Below, one piece after another: positions 26,919-40,986 of a stretch of 64,000 bases of DNA; the first letter of the stretch is position 1, and every line of letters starts with the position of its first letter. The position numbers and the translations under genes were made by a program. The notes under the pieces were generated by a model. That model saw only the letters and a list, made by a program, of their open reading frames with translations. It was not told the origin of the DNA and did no database searches. The stretch comes from Macrostomum lignano. Its lineage: Eukaryota. The stretch is from contig NIVC01001797.1 in NCBI GenBank assembly GCA_002269645.1, forward strand, positions 124,001-188,000, given 5' to 3'.

Positions 26919-27083
26919 TTTCCAAATCCCTGTACGAGCCCCGGCCGGCCAGAATAGTGCGCCCGGACGACTCGAACCGGCCGGACCGGGGCGGCCCGGC
27001 TCGACCCTGGCAGGACTCGACTGGGGGCAACAGGGACTTGCAGATCGTCAACGACCAGTGGCGACCGGCCAAGCAGTCCAACG
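26919..27083 (+). CDS. EVA-1-like protein, low-complexity stalk exon
   Basis: CTCCAG acceptor, GTAACG donor, 165 nt, phase 1-1, GC-rich open frame VSKSLYEPRPARIVRPDDSNRP... Confidence 0.65.
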
Positions 27084-27260
27084 GTAACGGCCTGGCTGGT
27101 CTCAATTTTCTACTTGTAAAATTAACACCTGAAAATCAAGGAGAATCCACGAAACAAATCAGTTTCGAGGGAACTAATTGATATTCTAAGAAATCATGAA
27201 GATTCTACGCCAGTGAAAGTTTGCAGGAAATCGAAAAAATTTAAAGCAAATCATAGATTC

Positions 27261-27573
27261 AAAAAAATATAATAACAATAATTGATTACACCTGCCCTAT
27301 TGGGCAGATGTGCAACCGACAGCTCAGCCGCAGCTATTGCGCGGCGCATCTGAAGGCTGCGTGCGGCTGTTCAGTCCAAGGACTGGGGGGTCGCCACACA
27401 CAGCCTCAATTACCCCAGCTAATGCTGACACCCATTTTACAGCTGGGTGAACTGAAGCAATGCAGAGTTAAGTGTCTTCTCAAGGACAAAAATTGTTCTG
27501 GTGGGATCGGGAATCGAACCCCCGACCTTCAAGTCGTGAGTGCGACGCTCTGACCACATTCTACAACCCCTCC
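27261..27573 (-). mobile_element. Full-length tRNA-derived SINE with CORE-like domain and T-rich tail
   Basis: Minus strand: A-box-like TGTGGTCAGAGCG, B-box GGTTCGATTCC, then CCTTGAGAAGACACTTAACTCT...CAGTT...CTGTAAAATGGG resembling the MIR/CORE consensus; (TTA)-like tail; flanking duplication of about 26 bp (27235-27260 and 27574-27600). Confidence 0.8.
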
Positions 27574-27639
27574 AAAAATATTTTAAGCAAATCATAGATC
27601 AGGACTAGTAGTATTTATTAGTAGTCCCTGTCATAGATT

Positions 27640-27995
27640 CCAGGAAATCTCTGTGATCCAAATAAATTAGAAAGTTTTTTTATAGAAAATCGAGGATATT
27701 CCAGGAAAGTCGATGAAGTTCTAGGAAATCAAGTGAATTCCAGGAAAGCCGACGAGATTCCAGGAAATCAGTGCGATTAATTAAATGCCCTATAGATTCT
27801 GGAAAAATTTGAAAAAATCTAAGAAATCCAGAAGGACTTCAATAGTTTTAATACGATTCCAACAAAAATGAAGAATATTACGAGCGTATTTTCGAAATCG
27901 TCAAATAAGACGCCCGTAAAAACGTGTAAAATTCCAGGAAATCGATTATGATCCAGTGAAATTCCAGGAAAAATCAATGAGACAGCAAAAATTGC
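27640..27995. repeat. Decayed repeat of ATTCCAGGAAATC-like units
   Basis: About ten degenerate copies leading up to the exon at 27998. Confidence 0.6.
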
Positions 27996-27997
27996 AG

Positions 27998-28102
27998 GAC
28001 AATCGGAAGCGGACGGGTCCCATGGCAACCAAGCGGAGAGCAGCGGCAGCGGCGGCACGAGAAGTCGGGGCCGAGCTAACTCAGACCAGGAAGCTGATGA
28101 GA
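27998..28102 (+). CDS. EVA-1-like protein, second stalk exon (Gly/Ser-rich)
   Basis: TTGCAG acceptor (weak pyrimidine tract), GTGAGT donor, 105 nt, phase 1-1, open frame QSEADGSHGNQAESSGSGGTRSRGRANSDQEADE. Confidence 0.55.
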
Positions 28103-29404
28103 GTGAGTCCAGCAGTTGTTATTAAACTTCTAATCCTCGACATCGACACACAGCATAAGAAACAATTTAGCTTTTATTTCTCAGGTATTAGACGGAATTC
28201 TCGTGCGAAAATATTGGTACGGGGTAATCGTTTGTAAGAATCAAAAACAATTAATTTTTATTGTCGACTGGATCTTTAATTGGTGGTTTCGCTGATAAAC
28301 AATTAATTGGATAATTGAATAATTGGATAGACAGCTGGTTCAAGCGGCTAAAATACGAGTACTTCGTTAAATAATAATAATATTAAAATCAGCAGGTCCC
28401 CTAAATATTTTTCGAGCGTAAGATAGAGAACAAAGATAAAAAATCAGTATTGCGAGTCATTGCATTAGATAATTTCACCCCGAAGCACAATGGCAATTAG
28501 TTTTGGCCATGATTCTCTCCCGCGTTTATTACCTATCTAACAACAATGGCCACAAGCGTGGAATAATGAATAGGATTGATAAGTTTGCTGACCAATTCTC
28601 ACCTTGCTGGTGATAAATAATCTCGCGGCAGAGGTGCCAGAAGAGGTTAAGGGAATGGGTCCTCCTACTTTTGCGTATATACAACGTTCAAACAGTTTTC
28701 TTTATATTCCTAGAAACCGTTCCGGCACCTTTCTCTCTCTGAAAGTCTATTTAAGCCTAATTTTTTGCACTTGTTATGTTCAGAACTATTAGCATACACA
28801 AATGAGGCTGATTTTACTGTAGACCGCGAATGTCTGGGTGTTTGTGTGTGGCATTTAAGGCGGTCAGGAGGAGGGGCAGCGGAGCCGCAGCTTCCAATTC
28901 AAAACAGGTGCACCTTGGCAGATTGGGGGCGGCAAACTGCCGCGGTTGTGTTTGGACCTTTCGGCTCTCGACCCCTCCCGGCCAGACTGACAAGGCGGTT
29001 TTTTATATAACTGGCCTGCTGTTGAACTGGCGAGAGGCTGCGGGTTGGGAGAGGCAGGGGGGAAATGCAAAGCAAATGAATGGCTGACTGACGGGCTGCG
29101 CGGCCATCCATCGGGCGAAGCACTTCGCTAGTAGCGGGGGGGGAGGCTCCATGCACTTTGTCGGATAGACGCGCGAACAGACGTGTTATAGATTCATTCT
29201 CGCTTCATTAATCTTGGTCACATCTGCAACTGGGACCGGGATTGTCCTTCGACTATGGGATTGGGAGTGTAGTACGTGCTACTAAGGCGAGGAATTCGGA
29301 TTTATTCCTTGGTTCGAATCTGTAACTGGAACTGGCACCGGGAGTCCTGGGACTAGATTTAGAGCTGCGACCGGGACTTGGAATGGGACTTGGCTGTTAC
29401 CGAA

Positions 29405-30592
29405 ACTTGTCCTGGGACGTGAGACTATGACCGGGACTTGGACTTGGACTGGAGCTTGGGCTGTTACCAGGACTTGGACTGAGACTATGACCGGAACTTG
29501 GACTGAGACTAGGACTATGACCGGGACTTGGACCGAGACGATGACTGGGACTTGGACTGAGACTATGACCGGGACTTGGACCGAGACGATGACTGGGACT
29601 TGGACTGAGACTATGACCGGGACTTGGACTGAGACTATGACCGGGGACTTAAACTTGGACTATGACCGGGACTTGGACTGAGACTATAACCGGGACTTGG
29701 ACTGAGACTATGACCGGGACTTGGACTGAGACTATGACCGGGACTTGGACCGAGACGATGACTGGGACTTGGACTGGGACTATGACCGGGACTTGGACTG
29801 GGACTATGACCGGGACTTGGACTGGGACTGGGACTATGACCGGGACTTGGACTGGGACTATGACCGGGACTTGGACCGAGACGATGACCAGGACTTGGAC
29901 TGGGACTATGACCGGGACTTGGACTGAGACAATGACCAGGACTTGGACTGGGACTATGACCGGGACTTGGACTGAGACTACGACCGGGACTTGGACCGAG
30001 ACGATGACTGGGACTTAGACTGGGACTATAACCGGGACTTGGACTGAGACTATGACCGGGACTTGGACTGGGACTATGACCGGGACTTGGACTGGGACTA
30101 TGACCGGGGACTTAAACTTGGACTATGACCGGGGACTTAAACTTGGACTATGACCGGGACTTGGACTGAGACTATGACCGGGACTTGGACCGAGACGATG
30201 ACTGGGACTTGGACTGGGACTATGACCGGGACTTGGACTGGGACTATGACCGGGACTTGGACCGAGACGATGACCAGGACTTGGACTGAGACTATAACTG
30301 GGACTTGGACTGAGACTATGACCGGGACTTGGACTGAGACTATGACCGGGACTTAGACTGAGACTATAACTGGGACTTGGACTGAGACTATGACCGGGAC
30401 TTGGACCGAGACGATGACTGGGACTTGGACTGAGACTATGACCGGGACTTGGACTGGGACTATGACCGGGACTTGGACTGGGACTATGACCGGGGACTTA
30501 AACTTGGACTATGACCGGGACTTGGACTGAGACAATGACCGGGACTTGGACTGAGACCGAAGCTTGGGCTGTTACCGGGACTTGGACTTGGA
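29405..30592. repeat. Minisatellite, 24-bp unit GGGACTTGGACTGAGACTATGACC built from 6-mers
   Basis: Direct periodicity; (MTGTWTET)n pseudo-ORFs. Confidence 0.95.
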
Positions 30593-32771
30593 CTAAAAAC
30601 TTTAGCTTTAAAAACGGATTGGACAGGGACCTCTTCAGTTTCTCTCTCTCACTTTTACCTAAAATTGCGGGCGGACACGCGGAAACGTGGCATTTTCATT
30701 AGGACATTCCGCACCCCCAGATCTATCAATAATAGCAATAGCTGAGTCTGTGCGCACCGCTGGAATGCGAACGGCGTGGCGTGGCTGGCCAGTCGGAGGG
30801 CTGGGGGACCAATAAATAAATTTGGGGAGGAAAATTTGGGATGCCGTGTTGTTTTGACTGGGGGAGGGGGGTAATTTTTAGCAAGGACAACAGGAAGCCA
30901 GTCAGTCATTATATGCACAGTTCCAGTCGGATTGAATCAAACGAACCGGCGAAGACCTAAAGATGCACTCTTAACTTCGCTGTTGATAGCTAGATAGACA
31001 GATTTTCAAATCTGCCTTTGTTCTACTTTTGCAGCCAGTCATTCTTATTTACGTACATGTATTTGCAGAATTGTTTAGCTGGATATTTTCTGCACGATAA
31101 TTCCCGGATCATTTTGTGCTTGCCTTCTTAGGGCTCTGGTTTCTCTGGTAATCAGTGGTGAATTTCAGTGCATTGTGTCGAAACAACTCTCATTTCAAGG
31201 GTCTTTCTAATCCAGATCTCCCAAAAATGTAAATGTCCAGTCGTAGTTGTCCTTGGCTTCCTTCCTTTTGCCTTCAAGATGATCTTTCGCAGGCTTAAGA
31301 TACAGTCAAACTGTACGAATCTTGCAGTAAAGAGCTGGGAGAGTGAGCCAGGAAAGTGGGGCGAGTTGGTGCGCGGGGCCTGGCCGGACTCATTAGTGAC
31401 AATTTAGAGTCAGTTTAGACCGCGCCAAACTCTCAGGACTTCTTGCCGTCGCCCAACTCGTAGCTTCTCTGCTCTGCTCTCTAATTCTAGCCTCTAGTCT
31501 CTATCCAGCTTCAGACAGACCACTATGGGAGAAGGCTGAAAGGCGTTTGATCCGATTCGGCAGCGCGTCGAAATTCATTGGCGGCCTAATTTGCTGATGA
31601 GGCGGCTTGAAGAGGCTTGGCTAAGCTCAATTTCTTTCTACTTTCTGCTTTCTAAGGTGGCTGCAGGTTTTGTTTTCAAGATCTTGTGAATTGTACAAAC
31701 TTCGTTGGATCCCATGCACTTTCTGGACTTCTGAATTGAAAATGAAGCGCGTATGCGTTTTGTCCGATGAGCGCTCGGTCACAATCTTATCAAGATACTC
31801 GTACGAGCGTATTTCCATGAAATGCAAGTAATTAAAGCTTTAGCCAAGTTTCAGTTGCTCCTGTCTCCTCAATGTAGTGCATTTTTCTATAAGTGCAGAG
31901 TACTCTCGAATGAATTCGTCTATGGCCAAAAGCCATGGAGCAAACAATTCAGCCAAAAAACGAGGTCATTCTATAGTCTATGGCCAAAGCACCTCAGGGC
32001 CAAAGATTGCCAGTCACTGCTACTTTTCTATGGCGTATCCTTAAAACAATATAATTCTTAGCGATTAGTACTTTTATTATCCATGTCCCTGACTTCGCTT
32101 GCTCTGCATCGCACAATAAACAATTGGAGTCACAGTGATTGACTTGTACCGCAACTGGACTACTCGTATAATTTATTGGGTTCTTTTTTAGAAACATCAT
32201 ATGCATCTTTTATGCGTGAATAGAAAATTACGAATACCAACATACAGTACCAACTCGATCCCCTCCTTGTCTCCCTCTCTCTCTATCTGTCTTATTCCAT
32301 CAACTTAATACCCCTGGATATTGTGCAATCCATCCAGCCAGCTCCCCCGGCAACGGGAGCCAGATAGCCACCTGGCAGCCAGGAGTCTGACAGAAGATCT
32401 GGGGAGCGAGCCGGGTATTGGGAACTGGCCAGACTGACTTTTGCCTCGGCTCTTTTCCTGCGCACCTGGGAAATCTGAGGGAATACAAATTACTGCATTG
32501 AGGATTCTTAATTCTAGAAGAAAAAACAGAGGGATAAATTGGATCCTTAAGCCAACAGCTCGGGGGATGGAGCAGCAGTTGGGAGCAATTAATAACCAAG
32601 CTGGCGGTGCAATAAATCCTGGGATATACTGCGGACATCTTGAAGAACGTTGTTTTTTCAAACTTCTGAAACCTTCCTGACAGATTAGATAGCGAGCTGC
32701 TGCTGGTATGACTAAACCGGGAACTTCATTGCGTATCGGTACTGATAAATCAGAAAGCAGTAGCCTCACCA

Positions 32772-33750
32772 TGCCGACCAATCAGAATCAGTAAGTAGCT
32801 TTAAGCATACCGACCAATCAGAGATCAGTAAGTAGCCTTACCCTACCGACCAATCAGAGATCAGTAAGTAGCCTTATCCTACCGACCAATCAGAAGATCA
32901 GTAAGTAGCCTTACCCTACCGACCAATCAGAAGATCTGTAAGTAGCCTTATCCTACCGACCAATCAGAAGATCTGTAAGTAGCCTTATCCTACCGACCAA
33001 TCAGAGATCAGTAAGTAGCCTTATCCTACCGACCGATCAGAGATCAGTAAGTAGCTTTAAGCATACCGACCAATCAGAGATCAGTAAGTAGCCTTAAGCA
33101 TACCGACCAATCAGAGATCAGTAAGTAGCCTTAAGCATACCGACCAATCAGAGATCAGTAAGTAGCTTTAAGCATACCGACCGATCAGAGATCAGTAAGT
33201 AGCCTTAAGCATACCGACCAATCAGAGATCAGTAAGTAGCCTTAAGCATACCGACCAATCAGAGATCAGTAAGTAGCCTTAAGCATACCGACCGATCAGA
33301 GATCAGTAAGTAGCTTTAAGCATACCGACCGATCAGAGATCAGTAAGTAGCTTTAAGCATACCGACCGATCAGAGATCAGTAAGTAGCCTTAAGCATACC
33401 GACCGATCAGAGATCCGTAAGTAGCTTTAAGCATACCGACCAATCAGAGATCAGTAAGTAGCCTTAAGCATAGCGAACAATCAGAGATCAGTAAGTAGCC
33501 TTAAGCATACCGACCAATCAGAGATCAGTAAGTAGCTTTAAGCATACCGACCAATCAGAGATCAGTAAGTAGCCTTAAGCATACCGACCAATCAGAGATA
33601 AGTAAGTAGCCTTAAGCATACCGACCAATCAGAGATCAGTAAGTAGCCTTAAGCATACCGACCAATCAGAGATCAGTAAGTAGCCTTAAGCATACCGACC
33701 AATCAGAGATCAGTAAGTAGCCTTAAGCATACCGTTCAATCAGAGATCAA
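32772..33750. repeat. Minisatellite, 35-37-bp unit CCGACCAATCAGAGATCAGTAAGTAGCCTTAAGCATA
   Basis: Period 37 (33061 vs 33098), about 26 copies. Confidence 0.95.
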
Positions 33751-34469
33751 ACAGCCAAATCCTACCAGATACACTACTTAATCTTATCTTCCTGACCGAT
33801 CAGAGGTCCGAAGACCTGTCGCCCTGATTATCGAAACAAAGTAAGTTAAAATTTAGGAATTGTGCTAATAAGTGCATTTGTAGACTGACTGTCAGCTAAA
33901 GAATCCTGTAATAATTTCTCCAAGTTAAGGATAAAAAACAAGAGACAGCAGATCCAACTAGAATAATTTCAAAATGCTTCAATAACCATTGATTTTAGAT
34001 TTTATAAAGTTATAAAGCATACTAAATTGAAGTCGACGACCCCCCATCCGTATATATTGAAGACACCGGGACGGGTTTATGACCAGCAGCAGGTAGAATT
34101 GATTCCATCTTTACTGTGTCTCTGCTACACTGAGAAATTTAAATTTAAAGGCGACACGTGTGTTTTTATAATCCGAGAGTTCAATCGCTTGGCAGCTCAG
34201 TCAGGGATGGGGCGCTTGGGATTTTTCTGCCTAACACCGGGGCGCCAGTGAGGCGCCTGCTAAGCAGTACCCAGAGCAAGGCTCCGCACGCGGCCTCTGC
34301 ATCAATAATGCAGCTTCAGCCAGTGGCTGTTCCCATAATCTTACAATGCTGAGATATTGCGATTCCACTGAGGGGGTCCTTTGTAGGTAGGTTAGTTTAA
34401 GGATGCCAGGCTTGATTGGCAAGCAGTCTTCGGCCTCCATAAACCATTGCTTCAATCATTTAGGGTATA

Positions 34470-34716
34470 TTAGCAATCTATTCTATTGTAAACCATGCAC
34501 GGTAGATTAGCAATCCATTCTATTCTATTAACCATGCAGGGTAGATTAGCAATCCATTCTATTCTATTAACCATGCAGAGTAGATTAGCAATCCATTCTA
34601 TTCTGTCAACCATGCAGGGTAGATTAGCAATCCATTCTATTCTGTCAACCATGCAGGGTAGATTAGCAATCCATTCTATTCTGTCAACCATGCAGGGTAG
34701 ATTAGCAATCCATTCC
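34470..34716. repeat. Minisatellite, 39-bp unit ACCATGCAGGGTAGATTAGCAATCCATTCTATTCTGTCA
   Basis: Period 39; ends about 30 nt before the acceptor at 34745. Confidence 0.93.
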
Positions 34717-34745
34717 AACGACAATCCCACTGGTCACCATTGCAG

Positions 34746-35356
34746 AGGATGACATCATCGTCATAGCAGTGTCAGCAGGTGTGGTCTCCCTGCTAATCGT
34801 ATCCACCTGTGTCATGTTCGCCGCCGTGGTGCGGGTCCGCCGTCGTCGCAGCCGCCGCCGTCGGGAGGAACGGCGCGGCGGTCAGCAACAAGTTGACAAG
34901 CTGCAGAATTTTATAGCAGTCGATGAGCCGTCAGCTCTGACAGCGGAAGAGCTGGCCAGTCTGCAGCAGCAGCAGCAGCAGCAGCAGCAACCAGGGATCT
35001 GCTTTTTGAGTCCAGCGGTTTCGCTTGTTGCGCATCACCGCCAGCAGCAGCCGTCGCCTCAGTCGCCTCTGCCTCAGCAGCAGCAGCAGCAGCAGATTCT
35101 TCTCCGTCCAATCCTGGCTCGTTCGGCCTCGACCACCCTTGGCGCAGTATCGCCGCAGGGTTCGCTGCAGTCGTCCTCGGACGCGCCGAGCGGCTACGCC
35201 ACTGTCAGCAACAGCAGCGGCGGCACAGTTCGGTTCAGCCAGTTCAGCGATTTGTACTTTTATTCGCCAAACTCCTGCCCAATCAGAGCCAGCGGAGGGC
35301 TGGAGGGAGTCAGCGAAGAGGCCGGATATCCGCCCAGGGGAGTGTCGTATGTGTGA
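34746..35356 (+). CDS. EVA-1-like protein, last exon: transmembrane helix, polybasic stop-transfer, polyQ tail
   Basis: TGCAG acceptor phase 1; IIVIAVSAGVVSLLIVSTCVMFAAVV then RVRRRRSRRRR; ends GVSYV-stop. The joined 8-exon CDS is 1716 nt (571 aa). Confidence 0.82.
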
Positions 35357-35419
35357 CCCTCATCAGTGTTAGCTCCGCTGTGTGTTAAAATAAGAAGTTA
35401 TTCGATTAACGCTTTCTAA

Positions 35420-35810
35420 TGAGGGATTCCCCCATCAGTTGTAGCTCTGATGTTTCTAAAAATAGAAACTGGCAGCAAATCAATACAGGATTCCCCCATC
35501 TTGTGTATCTAAAAATAGAAACTGGCAGCAATCCAATGTAGGATTCACAGCGTTGTAGCTCTGCTGTGTCTACATTGGAACTGGCAGTTTACATTCGATG
35601 AGGGATTCCCCCTATCGGTGTAGCTGCGGCTGTGTTTAAAAGTAGGAGCAACTATTATATGAGGAAGGGATTTCCCCCATTGAAGAAAGGTTTGCTGTTC
35701 TAAAAATAGAAACCATCAAATGGCAGCTATGTACATGCAATATGGGATTCCCCATTGGTGCAGCTTTTGTTCTAAAAATAGAAGCTAGTAGGTATGGAAC
35801 TCCCGCTGAG
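35420..35810. repeat. Old decayed repeat of about 60-65 bp (GGGATTCCCCCAT...CTAAAAATAGAAACTGGCAG) in the presumed 3' UTR
   Basis: About six degenerate copies. Confidence 0.55.
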
Positions 35811-36339
35811 ATACTGCATAGCCATTGTAGGCCATTGTACATGCGACTGGATTATTGAATTCAGCGTTTATTACCTCAACGTACCACCACAAAGGAACTC
35901 GTTTTTAACTTTAGTGTGTTTTACTAAATTCCCAACAGCAAAAACACTTTCTTACGCGATTGAATGCTACTTCAATGTAACGCCATTGTGTACACAACGC
36001 AGTTAAGCAGTTAAATTGTTACCGTTTTGATTTATTTTGATACTCGTTAATTCTGTCAGTTGTCAAATGCGATATTCCATATCAACCTCTGTTGGCCGGT
36101 TCGCAACCCGTTGACCGGCTCACTGATTTTGTAGTATAATATCATTACATGTAATTTAATAACAATAATGCAGTTTTTAAATGAAATTGTGTTAATCTTG
36201 GAAATTGGCTTATCGAGTTGAATTGTTTAGTTTAATTAAATTATTAACTAATGCAATCTAGCATCTGACGGTTCTGGGCTTGAGCGACAAATTAAATTGT
36301 CCAAACGATACCAAACATTGCAACTGGCACCGAAATAAC

Positions 36340-36650
36340 ACCAAAACCGCACAAATGGCGCCAATATCGCACAAATGGCACCAATAGTCCACAAATGGCG
36401 TCAATATCACACAAATGGCGCCAAAATCGTATAAATGGCGCCAATGTCGCACAAATGGCGCCAATATTGCACAATTAGCGCAAAAATCACAAAAATGGCG
36501 CCAAAATCGCACGAAAGGCGCCGAAATCACACTAATGGCGCCAAAATAGAACAAAGGCACAAAATCAAACACAGTGGCAAAATCAAGCAATTGACATAAA
36601 AAATCAGACAAAATGACGCCAAAACCAAGCATAAATGGCGCCAAATATAG
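36340..36650. repeat. Degenerate repeat of about 21 bp, AAATGGCGCCAATATCGCAC, cluster 1
   Basis: Repeated TGGCGCCA palindrome; the same unit recurs at 37320-37437. Confidence 0.8.
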
Positions 36651-37319
36651 ACCTTGATGATAAATTCGGGCAGAATCCAACGACCCAGCTCGCAAATCAA
36701 AGCACGCAAAGTTGCCAGACCAGAAGACCATCGGTCTGGTCTATACGAGAAAGCGGAATTCCCCCCTCAGCAATCCGAGTGCGGCCACCGAGAAATCAAG
36801 GAGTGCGAGTGAGATAGGGGGAGTAGATTAGGAAAATCTTTTCCCCAGCCTCCCGATCAGACAGAATCAATAAGTAGGTCGGTCGCTCTGCTGCACTTGA
36901 GAGAGCGAGGCAGATAGGGAAAGTTTGAGAACTGAAAACTCCGCACGCTGTAAAAGTTCCAATGGCGGCTGAGAAGGCTGCGTGTGTGAAACACGAGCCA
37001 AAGTTTAATTAATTGGCCAGCGGCCCTGGACTTTCATGTCGTCCTGAGGCTGACTTTTGGACACAATTTCACTCGGCCAGCCCTGTCTACTGGTCTCTGT
37101 GATTGATCGACAAAGCTGGGAATTGGGTGAGAAAGCAGTGCACCGAGCTCTCTGTCTCGAGTTATTCAAAAAACCACTTCGCACTTCAAACATACGAGCA
37201 AAGATCGAATAGAACCACAGATACCAGAATAGCTAGATATGTCATTTTCAAAAATGTGCTTATCTACTCTTTAATTCAGTAGCAAATTGGCGTTTTTTTG
37301 CCCTCAGAATAGTATAATA

Positions 37320-37437
37320 AAAATGGCGCCAATACCGCACAAATGGCGCCTATATCACATAAATGGCACCAATATCACACAAATGGCGCCAAAATCGTAT
37401 AAATGGCGCCAATATCGCACAAATGGCGCCAAAATTT
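37320..37437. repeat. AAATGGCGCCAATATCGCAC repeat, cluster 2
   Basis: Same unit and orientation as 36340-36650. Confidence 0.8.
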
Positions 37438-37596
37438 TTTGAATTTTAGTCTGAAGATTGCAGTAGAAAAAAAACGATTCCAAGTGCGTCTGCATAGCGA
37501 GCAACAAAAGTGGTAATGTCAGCCCAACCAGGCAGATTAACAGTTAAGCTGTCTTCCTCTTGTCCACTCTATGACCGTTTTCCTTACTACTTAATC

Positions 37597-38220
37597 TTCT
37601 CTCATTGGCTGAGCTAGCTTGGGCCTGCCCCTAGGCTGAGATTCGCCCGTCTAGCTTCGACCTCTCTCCTTACTGCTCTCTCATTGGCTGAGCTAGCTTT
37701 GGGCCTGCCCTCTAGGCTGAGTTTCATCCGTCTAGCTTCGACCTCTCTCCTTACTGCTCTCTCATTGGCTGAGCTAGCTTTGGGCCTGCCCTCTAGGCTG
37801 AGTTTCATCCGTCTAGCTTTGACCTCTCTCCTTACTGCTCTCTCATTGGCTGAGCTAGCTTTGGGCCTGCCCTCTAGGCTGAGTTTCATCCGTCTAGCTT
37901 TGACCTCTCCTTACTGCTCTCTCATTGGCTGAGCTAGCTTTGGGCCGGCCCTCTAGGCTGAGATTCGCCCGTCTAGCTTCGACCTCTCTCCTTACTGCTC
38001 TCTCATTGGCTGAGCTAGCTTTGGGCCGGCCCCCTAGGCTGAGTTTCGTCCGTCTAGCTTTGACCTCTCTCCTTACTGCTCTCTCATTGGCTGAGCTAGC
38101 TTTGGGCCTGCCCTCTAGGCTGAGTTTCATCCGTCTAGCTTTGACCTCTCTCCTTACTGCTCTCTCATTGGCTGAGCTAGCTTTGGGCCGGCCCCCTAGG
38201 CTGAGTTTCGTCCGTCTTGC
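37597..38220. repeat. Minisatellite, 81-bp unit (CTCTCATTGGCTGAGCTAGCTTTGGG...)
   Basis: 27-aa periodicity in the ORF track, 7-8 copies. Confidence 0.95.
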
Positions 38221-39131
38221 GTTCAGTTGTGCACATAGAGTTAAACGCTTGTTGTTCATTCTTAACGCCAGAAAGAAGCGTAAACTTCTTTCTGGGGTAA
38301 ACTTGGGGTTAAAACTTCTTAACCCTATGCTCCTGAGGCTAGAAACCCCGAAGGAAAAGTTATTTTGGCTGCCAGATTAAATTTAAGTGACATGGCGCAG
38401 ATAAACTACTGAAAAACAGACGCCCTACTGTTTAATATAATTCCAAGTGGCACAGCAAGTTAATCTATTTCCTGTGGATAAAACTATAAAAGTAAGTAAA
38501 AGCATATACAGTAGCATATACAGTAGCAGAATTAGTTTTTCGTCTACATTTTAATTTCTTTATGAAATTATTTTGGACACAGAACTTGATTTCCACGCGG
38601 AAATGCCCGCTACAACCTCTGATGCAGTCAGAATCAATGAGTTGTAGCTCTATGAATCCAAATATATAGTCTTTGGCTGGCCTGAAACCTGACCATTCTA
38701 GAAATAAAACACAAACCATTAAAACACTGTCAAATTTCAAGTTCTCAATAAAACTGCAGAATTAAATCAGTGTGTATATTTTATAGTTCGGCACATTTAG
38801 GCTACTAACAAGTAGCAAAATATGCTTTTTAAGTTAGAATCCGGAGAACAGCCATAGATAAAACCGAACAACACGAACACGCAGACACAAGACAGACAAC
38901 AATTCCCAATGAACACCGCAGAAGTAGCATCCACGTCTTTCTCCATGCTTGTCCCAGTTCCTTAACAAAATCATAACAGATAAAGACTATATAAAAAAAT
39001 CTAGCCTATCAAGAAGTCTACGCTCTACTTTAAAAAAAGTTCATCATACAGTTGGATAAATCTTACACAGTTTTGAAAAGCTCGGTAAGGTAAAAAACAA
39101 AATAAAATAAAAACTAATACGTGCATTGCTA

Positions 39132-39210
39132 GAGGGGATCGGTAGCCCTGTGGTCTAGTTCGGCACTCTGATGTGCCTGAGCGGCCCAGGCTCGATTCCA
39201 AGTGCAGTCA
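39132..39210 (+). mobile_element. Possible tRNA-derived SINE head fragment
   Basis: GAGGGGATCGGTAGCCCTGTGGTCTAG...CCCAGGCTCGATTCC has A-box/B-box-like spacing; no body or TSD recognised. Confidence 0.3.
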
Positions 39211-39782
39211 ACATTAATTTGGAGCTAAATTGGAGCTTAATGGAGGGCCAACCACTAAGTCACAGTGAAGTGTACATGCCTAACAATCAATAAAGCTAGG
39301 ACCGCTGTACATTCCTGTCCTGCTCATATTTCTACAACATGATAAACTACTCGTACAACTAAGATCGTGCAGCCAGCTACTCTGTGAATTCGGTGATAAA
39401 AAACTATGGAAAATATCTGCAAAAAATTTAATAAGGATACACGATACTGAAAAACACACCGACTACTTATTCAGTAGACAGTTCAGCGTACTGATAGAAT
39501 AAAAAACATTCTATATACTACTGCACAGTGCTACAAAGTCAAAATTAGAGAAACTGTAAAAAACACAAATTGCACAGAAAGCTCTCTGCTTGTACACTGA
39601 GCAATTGGAACAATTTAGAACAAAGCAGGCTATTTCTAAACAAAATAACTGGAACCAGTAATAGTCGAAACGGTAAAATATGAGAATTACAAATAAGTTA
39701 CAATCGAAACTAAGATTTAGGAGTGAGCACACAACCAGTGCACCCAAATGCAAATAGGAAAAGCTATAAAATGTGCCCTAAT

Positions 39783-40981
39783 CCATATTACACAGAGGAT
39801 GCCCATATTACACAGAAATATACGCATATTACACAGAAATATACCCATATTACACACAGAGGATACCCATATTACACACAGAGGATACCCCTATTACACA
39901 CAGGGGATACCTCTATTACACACAGAGGATACCTCTATTACACACAGAGGATACCCATATTACACACAGAGGATACCCCTATTACACACAGGGGATACCT
40001 CTATTACACACAGAGGATACCTCTATTACACACAGAGGATACCCCTATTACACACAGAGGATACCCCTATTACACACAGAGGATACCCCTATTACACACA
40101 GAGGATACCCCTATTACACACAGAGGATACCCCTATTACACACAGAGGATACCCCTATTACACACAGAGGATGCCCCTATTACACACAGAGGATACCCCT
40201 ATTACACACAGAGGATACCCCTATTACACACAGAGGATACCCCTATTACACACAGAGGATACCCCTATTACACACAGAGGATGCCCCTATTACACACAGA
40301 GGATGCCCCTATTACACACAGAGGATGCCCCTATTACACACAGAGGATGCCCCTATTACACACAGAGGATACCCCTATTACACACAGAGGATACCCCTAT
40401 TACACACAGAGGATACCCCTATTACACACAGGGGATACCTCTATTACACACAGAGGATACCCCTATTACACACAGAGGATGCCCCTATTACACACAGAGG
40501 ATGCCCCTATTACACACAGAGGATGCCCCTATTACACACAGAGGATACCCCTATTACACACAGAGGATACCCATATTACACACAGAGGATACCCCTATTA
40601 CACACAGAGGATATCCCTATTACTCACAGAGGATACCCATATTACACACAGAGGATACCCCTATTACACACAGAGGATACCCATATTACACACAGAGGAT
40701 ACCCATATCACACACAGAGGATACCCATATTACACACAGAGGATACCCATATTACACACAGAGGATATCCCTATTACACACAGAGGATACCCCTATTACA
40801 CACAGAGGATACCCCTATTACACACAGAGGATATCCCTATTACTCACAGAGGATACCCATATTACACACAGAGGATACCCCTATTACACACAGAGGATAC
40901 CCATATTACACACAGAGGATACCCATATCACACACAGAGGATACCCATATCACACACAGAGGATACCCATATCACACACAG
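39783..40981. repeat. Minisatellite, 22-bp unit ACACACAGAGGATACCC(C/A)TATT
   Basis: About 54 copies; begins about 6 nt downstream of the SKP1 stop codon on the minus strand. Confidence 0.96.
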
Positions 40982-40986
40982 TGGTG

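Noticed and set aside
27495-27573. tRNA gene
   Set aside because: No acceptor stem or clean anticodon arm; it continues into a SINE body and is bounded by a TSD.
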